Part shown: piece after piece, positions 36,683 through 46,103 of the stretch
How the letters are laid out: each line of letters begins with the position of its first letter
Numbering within the stretch: position 1 is the stretch's first letter
DNA from: Parcubacteria bacterium C7867-004
GTDB taxonomy: Bacteria > Patescibacteriota > Minisyncoccia > Phycocordibacterales > Phycocordibacteraceae
DNA: 64,000 nucleotides
Direction: 5' to 3'
Assembly (NCBI GenBank): GCA_001189075.1
Contig: LFCN01000006.1
Location: forward strand, 17,605-81,604
Notes under the pieces: model-generated
What the model was told of the DNA's origin: nothing
Seen by the model: the letters and a program-made list of their open reading frames with translations, nothing else
The model's database searches: none
Translations under genes and position numbers: made by a program

Positions 36683-36854
36683 CTTTATCTCCCGCGCATA
36701 ACCCTCCAGGCACTCCTTCCGCAAGCGGAAGGTGAACGAGTAGCCTGAGGATGATTCCAGCGCTCCGCGAACAAGCGCGGTACCAGAAAGTCCTTGGGTA
36801 AACGCCCTGAAGCCGTCAAGCCTTGCCTAGAGGGTCATGCGCACGATGTAAAGA
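36682..36854 (-). ncRNA. Structured ncRNA, putative 6S RNA
   Basis: 19-bp closing stem GCGCAUGACCCUCUAGGCA/UGCCUGGAGGGUUAUGCGC with two G-U pairs that form only on the minus strand. Central bubble with 3' hairpin CCUUCCGC-UU-GCGGAAGG, inner stems, upstream TATCAT and downstream terminator. Confidence 0.65.
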
Positions 36855-36910
36855 GAATTCGGCCCGTATGAAGGAGCCGATATGATAGAATGCTAGCACA
36901 GTCGAATCTT

Positions 36911-37900
36911 ATGTCAACCCCTGTCGAACTCCCCCGCCTCAGAGACCAAGCACTGGACTCCGCGCTCAGGCCTTCTGTGTGGGACGACTATGTAGGCCAG
37001 GGTCACGTAAAAGCCAATGTTTCCGTGGTTTTAGAGGCGGCGAAGATGCGCGGGGACATGCCCGAGCACATCCTTTTCTATGGTCCGCCGGGTGTAGGAA
37101 AGACTACCCTCGCTCACCTCATAGCCACCTCGCTCGATGCGCCACTCAAGACTACCTCCGGCGTCGCTATCGAGCGGGCCGCGGACCTCGCGAGCATCCT
37201 TACGAACCTCGAGCCCGGCACCGTATTGTTCATCGACGAGATTCATCAGCTCTCGCCGAAGGTGGAGGAGCTCCTCTACCCGGCTCTTGAGTCTGGTTCG
37301 CTCGACATCATCCTCGGAAAGGGGCCATCCGCACGTACCGTAGAGCTCGCACTCCCCCCATTCACGCTCGTAGGGGCTACAACTCGCGTCTCGCACCTCT
37401 CCTCTCCGCTTCGTTCTCGCTTCGGCGGTGGCGTGTATCAACTCGATTTCTATACGCACGAGGACCTGAAGTCGATCATCAAGCGTTCAGCAAGCGTACT
37501 CGGTCTCGAAGCACCTGACGAAGTTATCGAGCGCGTAGCGAGCCGCAGTCGCGCAACCCCTCGCGTTGCGAACGCGCTTCTTAAGCGTGTGCGCGACTAT
37601 TCGCAAGTGGAAGGCCGCGCTCTTTCAGCTGAAGTAGCGGATCTCGCATGCGAGCTCTTCGGCATCGACACCTTGGGTCTTACGAAAGACGACCGCCGCT
37701 ATCTCACCGCGCTCAGGGATTCTTTCAAGGGCGGTCCTGCCGGCATCCGCGCACTCGCATCCTCGCTCCACGAGGACCCGGACACTGTCGAGAACGTGTA
37801 CGAGCCGTATCTCCTTCGTCTCGGATTCGTTGAACGTTCTCCGCGCGGCCGCATCCTTACACAGAAAGGAAAGGACTACCTAAATTTTCTGAAAGCTTGA
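36911..37900 (+). CDS. ruvB: Holliday junction branch migration ATPase RuvB
   Basis: LRPSVWDDYVGQ, GPPGVGKTT, FIDEIH, GATT, LRSRFG, TPRVAN, YEPYL. Confidence 0.96.
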   Translation: MSTPVELPRLRDQALDSALRPSVWDDYVGQGHVKANVSVVLEAAKMRGDMPEHILFYGPPGVGKTTLAHLIATSLDAPLKTTSGVAIERAADLASILTNLEPGTVLFIDEIHQLSPKVEELLYPALESGSLDIILGKGPSARTVELALPPFTLVGATTRVSHLSSPLRSRFGGGVYQLDFYTHEDLKSIIKRSASVLGLEAPDEVIERVASRSRATPRVANALLKRVRDYSQVEGRALSAEVADLACELFGIDTLGLTKDDRRYLTALRDSFKGGPAGIRALASSLHEDPDTVENVYEPYLLRLGFVERSPRGRILTQKGKDYLNFLKA

Positions 37901-37902
37901 GC

Positions 37903-38433
37903 TTACAGTCCCTGGCCAGTTGTGCCGCTTGCTCGCGCAACAAGCTCATCACGCAACAGTTCTGCGTCCGCTCTGGTGACTCCCGGCAGCCTGCCTTCAG
38001 CTCCTGCGCCGAAGGTACCGTATCTCGACACTGACGCGCTGGCTCCTGCCGTCTGGATATGTAGATCAGAAAGTCCGAGGATGCGTGCGAGAATTCCACG
38101 ATTAATATCCACATTCTGTATTCTCGAATACGGTATCGTCACATATTTCTTCCAAATTATTCCCGACTCTTTCCGAAACCCTTTATCGGTCAGTTCGTAA
38201 CGATAGAAGTAATAGGTGTATTTCGCCCAGATGTAGGTGAGAGCTGCAAGCACTGCAAATACCAGAACTGACCAGAGAGCGAAGCGCGGAAGATCGAAAT
38301 AATCATCAACCACAAATAGTGCTTCGAGCCACACGAACGATGACCAGATGACAATGAAAATCGCAGCGACGAGCGTGTGTAACAGCGAGCCCCAAAAGAA
38401 AAGCCAGACTGCTTTTGCATCTAATTGTTTCAT
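37903..38433 (-). CDS. Bacterial PH-domain membrane protein (YdbS-like)
   Basis: Two TM helices, then YRYELTDKGFRKESGII...TIPYSRIQNVDINRG...LGLSDLHIQTAG. Confidence 0.85.
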   Translation of the reverse strand: MKQLDAKAVWLFFWGSLLHTLVAAIFIVIWSSFVWLEALFVVDDYFDLPRFALWSVLVFAVLAALTYIWAKYTYYFYRYELTDKGFRKESGIIWKKYVTIPYSRIQNVDINRGILARILGLSDLHIQTAGASASVSRYGTFGAGAEGRLPGVTRADAELLRDELVARASGTTGQGL

Positions 38434-38517
38434 ATCAGAAGAGTAGCATGGCTATCCTTGGAAAGGTCGAGTTGAGACAAGGGCTCAGATTCAAGAGTCT
38501 TTTGGTATAGTGAACGC

Positions 38518-39078
38518 ATGTCAGGACACAGCAAATGGTCACAGATAAAGCGGCAGAAGGGCGTCGCTGACGGCGCGAAGTCAAAGGCGTTCGGCAGATT
38601 CTCAAAGCTCATCGCTCTTGAATCAAAGAAGGCTGCCGGAAACCTGTCTTCCCCCGGTCTCGCGAACACCATCGCGCGTGCCAAGGCCATAAACATGCCC
38701 AAGGACAGCATCGACCGCGCAGTCGCCAAGGGCATCTCTAAAGATTCCGGTGAACTTATCCAAGTCGTGTACGAGTGGTACGGCCCCGGCGGCGTCGCCA
38801 TCATCATCGATGCGCTTACGGACAACACGAACCGCACAACGCAAGAGATCAAGCATTTGATAACGAAGAACGGATTTGAGTTGGGCGCACAGGGTTCGGC
38901 CGCCTGGGCGTTCAAGAAATCCGGTAGTGGTGCATTCGAGCCAAACGAGCCCTTGATGGACCTGTCCGAATCCGACGAAGAGGCGCTCGGAAAGATATTT
39001 GACCAGATAGATGAGAATGATGACATCCAGCGCGTGTATACGAACGCTCGTGGGTACGAAGATAACGAGAGCGATTAA
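38518..39078 (+). CDS. yebC: YebC/PmpR family protein (shortened)
   Basis: MSGHSKWSQIKRQK, NMPKDSIDRA, YGPGGVAII, TDNTNRT, DDIQRVYTN. Confidence 0.93.
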   Translation: MSGHSKWSQIKRQKGVADGAKSKAFGRFSKLIALESKKAAGNLSSPGLANTIARAKAINMPKDSIDRAVAKGISKDSGELIQVVYEWYGPGGVAIIIDALTDNTNRTTQEIKHLITKNGFELGAQGSAAWAFKKSGSGAFEPNEPLMDLSESDEEALGKIFDQIDENDDIQRVYTNARGYEDNESD

Positions 39079-39080
39079 CG

Positions 39081-39566
39081 ATGCGGATTCTCGCTATTGA
39101 TCCGGGATACGACCGCATGGGACTTGCAGTTGTAGAGGGTGACCCGTCGCGCCCCACCCATGTCTGGAGCGACTGCGTACTTCCGCCAAAGGGCGCGCGC
39201 GAGGAACGTCTCCAGCACGTACACGATGCCGTTGCGGACGCGATACGCACCTACGTACCCGATCGCGTTGCCATAGAAACCCTATTCTGGAGCACGAATA
39301 ACAAGCGGTCGGCGCTCGGGGTGGCCGAGGCGCGCGGTGCGGTTCTTTCGGCCGCAGGCGAGGCAGGCGTCCCCGTATCGGAACATTCGCCTCAGCAGGT
39401 GAAGCTCGCGGTAACCGGATACGGGAATGCGGATAAGAAAGCGGTCGCTCTCATGATTCCCCGACTGCTCTCGCTCCCACCAAAACAACGACTCGACGAC
39501 GAGCTCGATGCAATAGCGATAGCCATTGCCTCGCTCTCGCAGCGACTATCCCCATCGGGCACGTAG
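39081..39566 (+). CDS. ruvC: Crossover junction endodeoxyribonuclease RuvC
   Basis: ILAIDPG, VAIETLF, AEARG, VKLAVTGYGNADK, DDELDAIAIA. Confidence 0.95.
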   Translation: MRILAIDPGYDRMGLAVVEGDPSRPTHVWSDCVLPPKGAREERLQHVHDAVADAIRTYVPDRVAIETLFWSTNNKRSALGVAEARGAVLSAAGEAGVPVSEHSPQQVKLAVTGYGNADKKAVALMIPRLLSLPPKQRLDDELDAIAIAIASLSQRLSPSGT

Positions 39567-39648
39567 CTCGCATTGCAAAGCGCGCCCGTTCTGATGAAAT
39601 AGGAGGGCTTCGCGTTCGCGCGAATATAATCAAGCGTAATGCACGTAT

Positions 39649-39762
39649 ATGGAGGAAGATGAGATTCTAGATCCAATCGAAAAGGAGGATGAGGACGAGC
39701 TCGACGAGGAAGACCTTGAAGACGACGATCTCGTAGAAGAAGAGGAAGAAGACGAGATCTAA
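39649..39762 (+). CDS. Hyper-acidic micropeptide (37 aa)
   Basis: MEEDEILDPIEKEDEDELDEEDLEDDDLVEEEEEDEI*; TATAAT at 39625-39630 upstream and a hairpin right after the stop. Confidence 0.65.
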   Translation: MEEDEILDPIEKEDEDELDEEDLEDDDLVEEEEEDEI

Positions 39763-39791
39763 AGGAACGGCCCCAGTATGGGGCCGTTCTT
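39763..39791. terminator. Terminator-like hairpin after the acidic peptide
   Basis: AGGAACGGCCCCA-GTA-TGGGGCCGTTCTT. Confidence 0.65.
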
Positions 39792-39811
39792 CGTGATAGC
39801 ATGGGTCCATT

Positions 39812-42013
39812 ATGTCGAAAGGAATCAAGAAACGGGGCGGACTCCACAAGCATCTCGCCGATCCCCATCCCCTGCTCAGGGTTGCGTATTTCCTTGTTGG
39901 TGCACTCCTTCTCGTAGCGGGTGCGGGAATTCTGTGGGCAGCCCTCACCCCAATTCCCGACCTCAACTCCTTCGATTCCCGTAAGGTAGCCCAGTCGACG
40001 AAGATCTACGACCGTACGGGAAAGACCGTCCTCTACGATCTCAATCACGACGTCAGGCGCAATGTCGTCACTCTCTCCGAGATATCTCCGAATCTTCAAA
40101 AGGCAGCTATCGCTATCGAAGACTCTGATTTCTATCATCACAGCGGCGTAAGCTTCACCTCGACCGCCCGTGCCATCATCGTCGACATTAAGACGCAGTC
40201 GTTTGCGCAGGGCGGCTCGACCATAACGCAGCAGGTAGTGAAGAACACCATCCTCTCCGGACGGAAGGACCTGATACGCAAGTTCCAGGAGTGGGTGCTC
40301 GCCTGGAAACTGGAGCAGCGCTACACGAAGAACCAGATCCTCGAGTTCTATTTCAATGTGACTCCGTACGGCGGGACGCTCTATGGCGCGGAGGTCGCTT
40401 CCCGTGCATTCTTCGGAAAGTCCGCATCGGATCTCTCGGTTGCTGAGGCGGCGTACCTTGCAGCGATCCCTCAGCTCCCTACCTACTACTCCCCGTACGG
40501 CAACAACCGCAAGGATCTCGATGAGCGCAAGGACCTCGTCCTTTCGCGCATGAAAGTTCTTGGCTACCTCACCGAAGAGGAATATCAGGCCGCCAAGAAA
40601 GACGAGGTTATCTTCAGCCGACAGCGGGACAACTCCATCCTTGCCCCGCACTTCGTGTTCTACATCGAGCAACAGCTCGAACAGAAGTACGGCCCTGATG
40701 TTGTTACCGAAGGACTCTCCGTTATAACGACGCTTGATGCCGAGCTCCAGAATGCGGCCCAGACCATCGTTAAGGACTATGCGACCGCCAACACTGCTAA
40801 GTTCAACGCCTCGAATGCGGCACTGGTAGCCATCGACCCTAAGACGGGACAGATACTGGCGATGGTGGGGTCACGCGATTACTTCGATGAGGACATAGAC
40901 GGCAACTACAACTCGGCCATCGCGCTTCGCCAGCCGGGCTCGTCCTTCAAGCCGTTCGTATACGCGACCGCTCTTGAGAAGGGTTACACCCCGGAGTCGG
41001 TGGTGTTCGACCTTCCGACGCAGTTCTCGACAGTGTGCGCCGCGTCCGAAACCACGAACAGTGAACCTCCCTGCTACGCACCAGGAAACTACGACGACAA
41101 GTTCCGTGGACCAATGACCTTCACTACTGCACTCGCGCAGTCCATTAACATTCCGGCGGTCCAGACGCTCTACCTCGCCGGTATTAAGAACGTCATCGGA
41201 CTCGCTGAACGCTTGGGCATCACGACCCTCGGAGACGCAAAGGAATACGGCCTTTCGTTCGCGCTTGGCGCCGCTGAAGTGAAGCTGCTCGACCTCGTAA
41301 GCGCATACAGTGTCTTTGCGAATGACGGCGTACGCAATCCTGCGGTCGGCATCCTTGAGATACGCGATATGAAGGGCAAGGTGATCGAGAAGTTCACCGC
41401 AGCCCCTCAGCAAGCGATCGATGCGGGTGTTGCTCGCCAGATATCCAGCATGCTCTCGAATAACGAGGCACGCTTCCCTGAGTATCCTCCGAACAACCCG
41501 CTCCACTTCAACGAGTACGATGTCGCGGCGAAGACCGGAACCACGAACGAGTCCCGTGACGCTTGGACCGTAGGCTTCACCCCGACTATCGCCGTCGGTG
41601 TCTGGGCAGGAAACAATAACAATACGCCGATGGTGAAGGAGATCGCGGGCTACATCGTAGCGCCGATGTGGCATGCGTTCATGGCCGAGGCACTTCAGAA
41701 AATGCCGGAAGAGGTATTCAACGAGCCGCCCGCCATCTCTGAGTCTGCCGCACCTGCACTTCGCGGTATCATTTACGTTCCGTCAGGCGCAGGCACGCAA
41801 GCTCACAGCCTCCTTCACTGGACCGACAAGGAGAACCCGCTCGGCCCTCCTCCTGCTAATCCGTTCCGTGATCCGCAGTATGCGTACTGGGAATATCCTA
41901 TCCAGACCTGGCTCGCGAACGGTTCGCCGACCCTGTTCGGCGCACAAGCCACATCAACGGCGAGCTCGACGCCCGGCATTGGAATCGACGGCAGCGACAT
42001 CGGAGGCCAATAG
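39812..42013 (+). CDS. Class A penicillin-binding protein (PBP1A family)
   Basis: EDSDFYHHSG, GGSTITQQVVKN, RKFQE, RQPGSSFKP (SxxK), SIN, KTGT. Confidence 0.95.
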   Translation: MSKGIKKRGGLHKHLADPHPLLRVAYFLVGALLLVAGAGILWAALTPIPDLNSFDSRKVAQSTKIYDRTGKTVLYDLNHDVRRNVVTLSEISPNLQKAAIAIEDSDFYHHSGVSFTSTARAIIVDIKTQSFAQGGSTITQQVVKNTILSGRKDLIRKFQEWVLAWKLEQRYTKNQILEFYFNVTPYGGTLYGAEVASRAFFGKSASDLSVAEAAYLAAIPQLPTYYSPYGNNRKDLDERKDLVLSRMKVLGYLTEEEYQAAKKDEVIFSRQRDNSILAPHFVFYIEQQLEQKYGPDVVTEGLSVITTLDAELQNAAQTIVKDYATANTAKFNASNAALVAIDPKTGQILAMVGSRDYFDEDIDGNYNSAIALRQPGSSFKPFVYATALEKGYTPESVVFDLPTQFSTVCAASETTNSEPPCYAPGNYDDKFRGPMTFTTALAQSINIPAVQTLYLAGIKNVIGLAERLGITTLGDAKEYGLSFALGAAEVKLLDLVSAYSVFANDGVRNPAVGILEIRDMKGKVIEKFTAAPQQAIDAGVARQISSMLSNNEARFPEYPPNNPLHFNEYDVAAKTGTTNESRDAWTVGFTPTIAVGVWAGNNNNTPMVKEIAGYIVAPMWHAFMAEALQKMPEEVFNEPPAISESAAPALRGIIYVPSGAGTQAHSLLHWTDKENPLGPPPANPFRDPQYAYWEYPIQTWLANGSPTLFGAQATSTASSTPGIGIDGSDIGGQ

Positions 42014-42041
42014 AAAAAGCGCCCGGAGGGGCGCTTTTTCT
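42012..42041. terminator. Bidirectional terminator between PBP and dnaN
   Basis: AGAAAAAGCGCCC-GGAG-GGGCGCTTTTTCT. Confidence 0.8.
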
Positions 42042-42056
42042 TTCTTCCCGCGATCT

Positions 42057-43157
42057 CTACTGGTTCATCGGCATCACGAGATAGAGGAACGAGGCGTCCC
42101 CGGTTCCCCGCAGCACCATGGCGCGTCCTATGCCGCTTGCCGCCAGCGTCACGCTTTCAGCCGTAATGGAAGGGAGTGGGGCGGACAGGTAGCGGTGATT
42201 GAAGGAAAGCTCGACGCCGTCGCCTGAAATAGCACCCATGACCGCTTCGTCCGAATCCCCCACATCGGCATTCTGTGCGGAAAGCGAGATACGCTTCTGT
42301 CCCGGATCGAACCCGAGCTTCACTTTCTGGAATGCGTCCGAGAAGATAGCGGTCCGCTTGAGCGCGGCTTCAAAATCCTTCTTGAGGAGTGTCGCTTCGG
42401 CGATGAAGGTCTTAGGGATTATCTGCGCGTAGTCAGGGTAGTTCGCCGCAACGAGACGGGTCGTAACGACACCCCGACTCCAGAAGAACGCGCACTGGTG
42501 ATCATCCACGCTTACCCGTATGTCCTCGTCTGGGAGCGCCTGCATGATATCTACGGCATTCTTTGCAGGGATGAGCATCGTGAAGGGTGCGATCGTCTCC
42601 TTGAGCGATATCTTTTTCTCCGCAAGACGGAACGAATCGGTCGCAACCGCCTTGAGCACACCACCCTCGGCACTTATAAGAACGCTCGCGAGCTCAGGAC
42701 GAACGCTCGAGGTAGAGGCATACGACATTACGGACGTAACGAGAGCTCGTAGAACGCTTCCTGGAAGCGAGAATGACACTGCGCCGGACTCAGGGAGCGG
42801 AAGCGTAGGGAAATCCTCGTAGGGAAGCGTTTTGAGCGTACTGCGCCCGCTTCCTCCCGACACCGAGACCGTGTCTCCGGAGTGTTCGAGTGTAAGGGTG
42901 CCGTTCCCCGAAAGAGAGGCGGCGATATCCCGCAACGTTGAGGCGGGAAGCGCTACGACACCCGGTTCCTTTATCGTGCCTTCGGCTTTCATGTCGACGC
43001 CGGTCTCAAGGTTTGTGGCACGGAACTTGATACCGTCATCTCCCGCTATGATCGCTATGCCCGCGAGAACGGGAAGCGTTCCGCTCCTGCGCTCAGCGAA
43101 TCGTGCGACGTTCTGCACCGTTTCCGCGAAGACCTTCTTTTCCAGGGTTAGTATCAT
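42057..43157 (-). CDS. dnaN: DNA polymerase III beta clamp
   Basis: LPVLAGI, ATNLE, EDFPTLP, VATDSFRLA, YPDYAQIIP, FNHRYL, YLVMPM. Confidence 0.95.
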   Translation of the reverse strand: MILTLEKKVFAETVQNVARFAERRSGTLPVLAGIAIIAGDDGIKFRATNLETGVDMKAEGTIKEPGVVALPASTLRDIAASLSGNGTLTLEHSGDTVSVSGGSGRSTLKTLPYEDFPTLPLPESGAVSFSLPGSVLRALVTSVMSYASTSSVRPELASVLISAEGGVLKAVATDSFRLAEKKISLKETIAPFTMLIPAKNAVDIMQALPDEDIRVSVDDHQCAFFWSRGVVTTRLVAANYPDYAQIIPKTFIAEATLLKKDFEAALKRTAIFSDAFQKVKLGFDPGQKRISLSAQNADVGDSDEAVMGAISGDGVELSFNHRYLSAPLPSITAESVTLAASGIGRAMVLRGTGDASFLYLVMPMNQ

Positions 43158-43382
43158 AAATAAGAAATACGAAGAGTAAGAAGGGGGTGTTGATAGGTGG
43201 AAAACTCAATTATCGCCCGTACTTTCTCGGCTAGGCGAGACTGCAGATTCTCGCATGCTGTTGAAAACCTCCCAGTTGTTGCTGCTATCTGGGGACAAGT
43301 GCCTCGCGGCACCGGACCTGTCCCCGGCAATCCCTTCTCTGCCCCCGTGCTGTAAGAAAGGTTATACATACGATATCCCCAA
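43158..43382. other. Candidate chromosomal replication origin (dnaA-dnaN intergenic region)
   Basis: 225-bp non-coding gap with DnaA-box-like 9-mers: TGTTGATAG 43188, GGTGGAAAA 43196, TGTTGAAAA 43259, TGGGGACAA 43290, TTATACATA 43362, ATATCCCCA 43373. The dnaN side is A/T-rich. Confidence 0.6.
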
Positions 43383-44732
43383 TTATACCAACAGCGTGCG
43401 AATATCCTGAATCTCCTTTGCGAGCTCCTGATCAACCAGGATCTCCCGCTTCACCTTCTCGCACGAGTGTATGACGGTAGTGTGGTCGCGACCACCAAGC
43501 TTCGAGCCTATGGTCGGATACGAGACACTGAAATCTTCACGTAGCAGGTACATGATCACCTGCCTAGGACGCACCACCTCCCTCCTGCGTGTCTTCTCAT
43601 AGATACTCTCCTCGTCTATGCCGTAGTACTCGGCAACCTTTGAGACCACATGCTTCACGGACACGGTCTTCTGTGGGCGTGCGAACGAGCGCAGCGACTG
43701 GCGCACTTCAGCAAGATCCGGCGGCACGCCCTTCACCTGGGTATGGCAGACGACGCTGTTTATGACTCCCTCAAGCTCGCGGATCGAGCCGGATATCGAG
43801 ATAGCGATGTATTCGATAACCTCATCGGACAGGTTCACGCCGTGCGCAGCGGCCTTCTTCCGCACGATAGCCATGCGGCTCTCGATATCCGGCTCTCCGA
43901 TGTCTATGGTCATGCCGCTCGCTAAGCGGCCGCGCAGACGTTCCGCGATATCAGGAATCGCTACCGGCGCCCTATCGGACGAGAAGATGATCTGCTTGTT
44001 GTTGTCGTAGAGCGCGTTAAAGAGATGGAAGAGCTCTTCCTGGGTCTTCTCCTGGCGAGAGAGGAACTGCACGTCGTCCATAATCAACAGGTCGAACTGG
44101 CGGTACTTCTCCTTGAAGCGGCTCGAGGTGCCCGCCTGGATGGCGTCGGCGAACTCCGACTTGAACTTCTCCGATGCGAGATAGAAGACTTTGCGGCTAG
44201 GGTACAGCTTCTTATACTGGTTCCCGATGGCTTGTATAAGGTGCGTCTTCCCGCGGCCGGTGTCTCCGTAGATGAAGAGTGGGTTGTACGTTATTCCAGG
44301 ACGCTTCATGGCCGTTTCTGCCGCCATATAGGCCAGCTGGTTGAAGTCCCCTATCACGAACGAGTCGAAGGTATAGCGCGGATTCAGGTTGTCGCTCTTG
44401 TTTATATAGAACTCGTCGAGCGGCATCTCGGTGGTCTGCTGCGGGATACGCTTCACCTCTTTCGGCTTGCGGCGATCGTCTTTCACGATCATGTACTCGA
44501 TATTCCGGTACTCGTAGGAGACGGAGCGGATGATCTTGAGCAGGAGCGCGTTGAATTTCTTGAGATACCAGTCCCTGAAGAACTGGCTCGGCACCCCGAC
44601 GAAGACAATGCCGTCTTCGATCTTTACGATAGAGCTGTCACGGAACCAGGTGTTGAAATTCGCCGGCGAAATGGAGAGCTCCACTTGAGTAAGGACATAT
44701 TCCCAGAGCTCGCGCGCATCAAGTCGGTTCAT
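43383..44732 (-). CDS. dnaA: Chromosomal replication initiator DnaA
   Basis: [59 protein letters not shown]. Confidence 0.97.
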   Translation of the reverse strand: MNRLDARELWEYVLTQVELSISPANFNTWFRDSSIVKIEDGIVFVGVPSQFFRDWYLKKFNALLLKIIRSVSYEYRNIEYMIVKDDRRKPKEVKRIPQQTTEMPLDEFYINKSDNLNPRYTFDSFVIGDFNQLAYMAAETAMKRPGITYNPLFIYGDTGRGKTHLIQAIGNQYKKLYPSRKVFYLASEKFKSEFADAIQAGTSSRFKEKYRQFDLLIMDDVQFLSRQEKTQEELFHLFNALYDNNKQIIFSSDRAPVAIPDIAERLRGRLASGMTIDIGEPDIESRMAIVRKKAAAHGVNLSDEVIEYIAISISGSIRELEGVINSVVCHTQVKGVPPDLAEVRQSLRSFARPQKTVSVKHVVSKVAEYYGIDEESIYEKTRRREVVRPRQVIMYLLREDFSVSYPTIGSKLGGRDHTTVIHSCEKVKREILVDQELAKEIQDIRTLLV

Positions 44733-44835
44733 CGTGGGCGTATTATACGGGCGCGCCAGAGAAAGAGCGAACCTCCCCCTAACGAGGCATTTGCTTGCAG
44801 CTGGGCTGTCAACCTGGTACTATCCTGTGCATACC

Positions 44836-44973
44836 ATGCCTAAGCGCACCTACCAGCCAAAGAAGCGTAAGCGCGCCCGCACCCACGGATTCCGTGCCCG
44901 CACCGCAACCAGCACCGGCCGAAACGTGCTTCTTCGCCGCCGCCGCAAGGGTCGCGCTAAGCTCACCGTCTAA
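44836..44973 (+). CDS. rpmH: 50S ribosomal protein L34
   Basis: [22 protein letters not shown]...[12 protein letters not shown]. Confidence 0.96.
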   Translation: MPKRTYQPKKRKRARTHGFRARTATSTGRNVLLRRRRKGRAKLTV

Positions 44974-45299
44974 TGCTTCCACGTAAACTGCGCCTTACTC
45001 GGGCGCATTTTGCGCTCCACGGCTCTGAAAAACGGGTCGTAAGCCCGCATTTTTCCGTTTCGGTACGCCCTACGGCCGTAAGCGGGGGGTGTGCAGCCGT
45101 TATATCGAAGAAAGTCGCCAAGCTCTCCGTTACCCGACACAAGCTGAAGCGTCGGATACTTGCCGTGATGGGCCCGTGGTGCGGCGAGAGCCGGTCTCTG
45201 GTGGTGTATGCTCGCCCGGGCAGCGCCGAGCTTGGTTTTGATGAGCTCTCGCAAGAGCTTGAGGGGCTCCTGGTTCGCGCGCTCGGACAGATACGGTAG
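44973..45299 (+). CDS. rnpA: Ribonuclease P protein component
   Basis: [27 protein letters not shown] (RNR-like motif); canonical synteny. Confidence 0.9.
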   Translation: MLPRKLRLTRAHFALHGSEKRVVSPHFSVSVRPTAVSGGCAAVISKKVAKLSVTRHKLKRRILAVMGPWCGESRSLVVYARPGSAELGFDELSQELEGLLVRALGQIR

Positions 45300-45309
45300 A
45301 CTGTCCTCC

Positions 45310-46050
45310 ATGGCTTCCCTCTTTCACACGTTCATATACGTTCCGATCTACAACTTGCTGATATTCTTCGTGGATATCATTCCCGGGGGCGACGTCGGTC
45401 TCGCGGTGATCGCAGCGACGCTCGTCGTCCGTCTCATAATCATGCCGCTCTCGTTCGCGCAGCTTCGTACCGGTCGCGTCATGCGACTCCTTCAGCCGGA
45501 AATGAAGGAGATACAGGTGAAGTACAAGGACGACCCTGAGCGAAAGGCCAAGGAGACCTTCGCGCTCTACAAGCGGTACGGACTCAATCCGTTCGCCGGC
45601 ATATTCACCGCTCTTCTGCAGATCCCTATACTGCTCGGGCTCTATTTCGTATTCAACAGCCACACCCTCCTTACTATCGATACCGCCATGCTCTATGGCT
45701 TTGTGTCGGCGCCGTCCGTAATAACCCCCCTCTTCCTTGGCATTTTCTCGGTAGCAGGAACCAGCATATTCCTTGCTGCTCTTGCGGCCCTGCTTCAGGG
45801 CGCCCAGATCTGGTACGCGGTCCCTGTCCCACCCAAACCCGAGAAGCCGGGCACTGACCTATCGGCAGACTTCGCACGCAGCATGGCACTTAATATGCGT
45901 TTTCTGCTTCCGGTTATCATCGGCGTAGCCGCGTTCTACACCTCAAACGCGATCGCGCTCTACTTCATTACCACGGCGCTCGTGAGCATCGTTCAGGAAT
46001 TCGTCGTTCGCAAACAGAAGGTCGAGCCGGTAGAGGTTGCCGCCGCCTAG
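45310..46050 (+). CDS. yidC: Membrane protein insertase YidC (short form)
   Basis: GLAVIAATLVVRLIIMPL, LQPEMKEIQVKYK, NPFAG, LQIPI, ALYF...SIVQ. Confidence 0.93.
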   Translation: MASLFHTFIYVPIYNLLIFFVDIIPGGDVGLAVIAATLVVRLIIMPLSFAQLRTGRVMRLLQPEMKEIQVKYKDDPERKAKETFALYKRYGLNPFAGIFTALLQIPILLGLYFVFNSHTLLTIDTAMLYGFVSAPSVITPLFLGIFSVAGTSIFLAALAALLQGAQIWYAVPVPPKPEKPGTDLSADFARSMALNMRFLLPVIIGVAAFYTSNAIALYFITTALVSIVQEFVVRKQKVEPVEVAAA

Positions 46051-46053
46051 AAC

Positions 46054-46091
46054 AGTACAGAAAAGGCCGCAAATGCGGCCTTTTCTGTACT
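46054..46091. terminator. Bidirectional terminator
   Basis: AGTACAGAAAAGGCCGCA-AA-TGCGGCCTTTTCTGTACT. Confidence 0.8.
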
Positions 46092-46103
46092 CAGTACTTT
46101 GTA

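Noticed and set aside
38430-39026. 198-aa minus-strand ORF
   Set aside because: Antisense shadow of yebC.
39392-40672. 426-aa minus-strand ORF
   Set aside because: Antisense to ruvC, the acidic peptide and PBP1A; no motifs; a typical shadow frame in GC-rich coding DNA.
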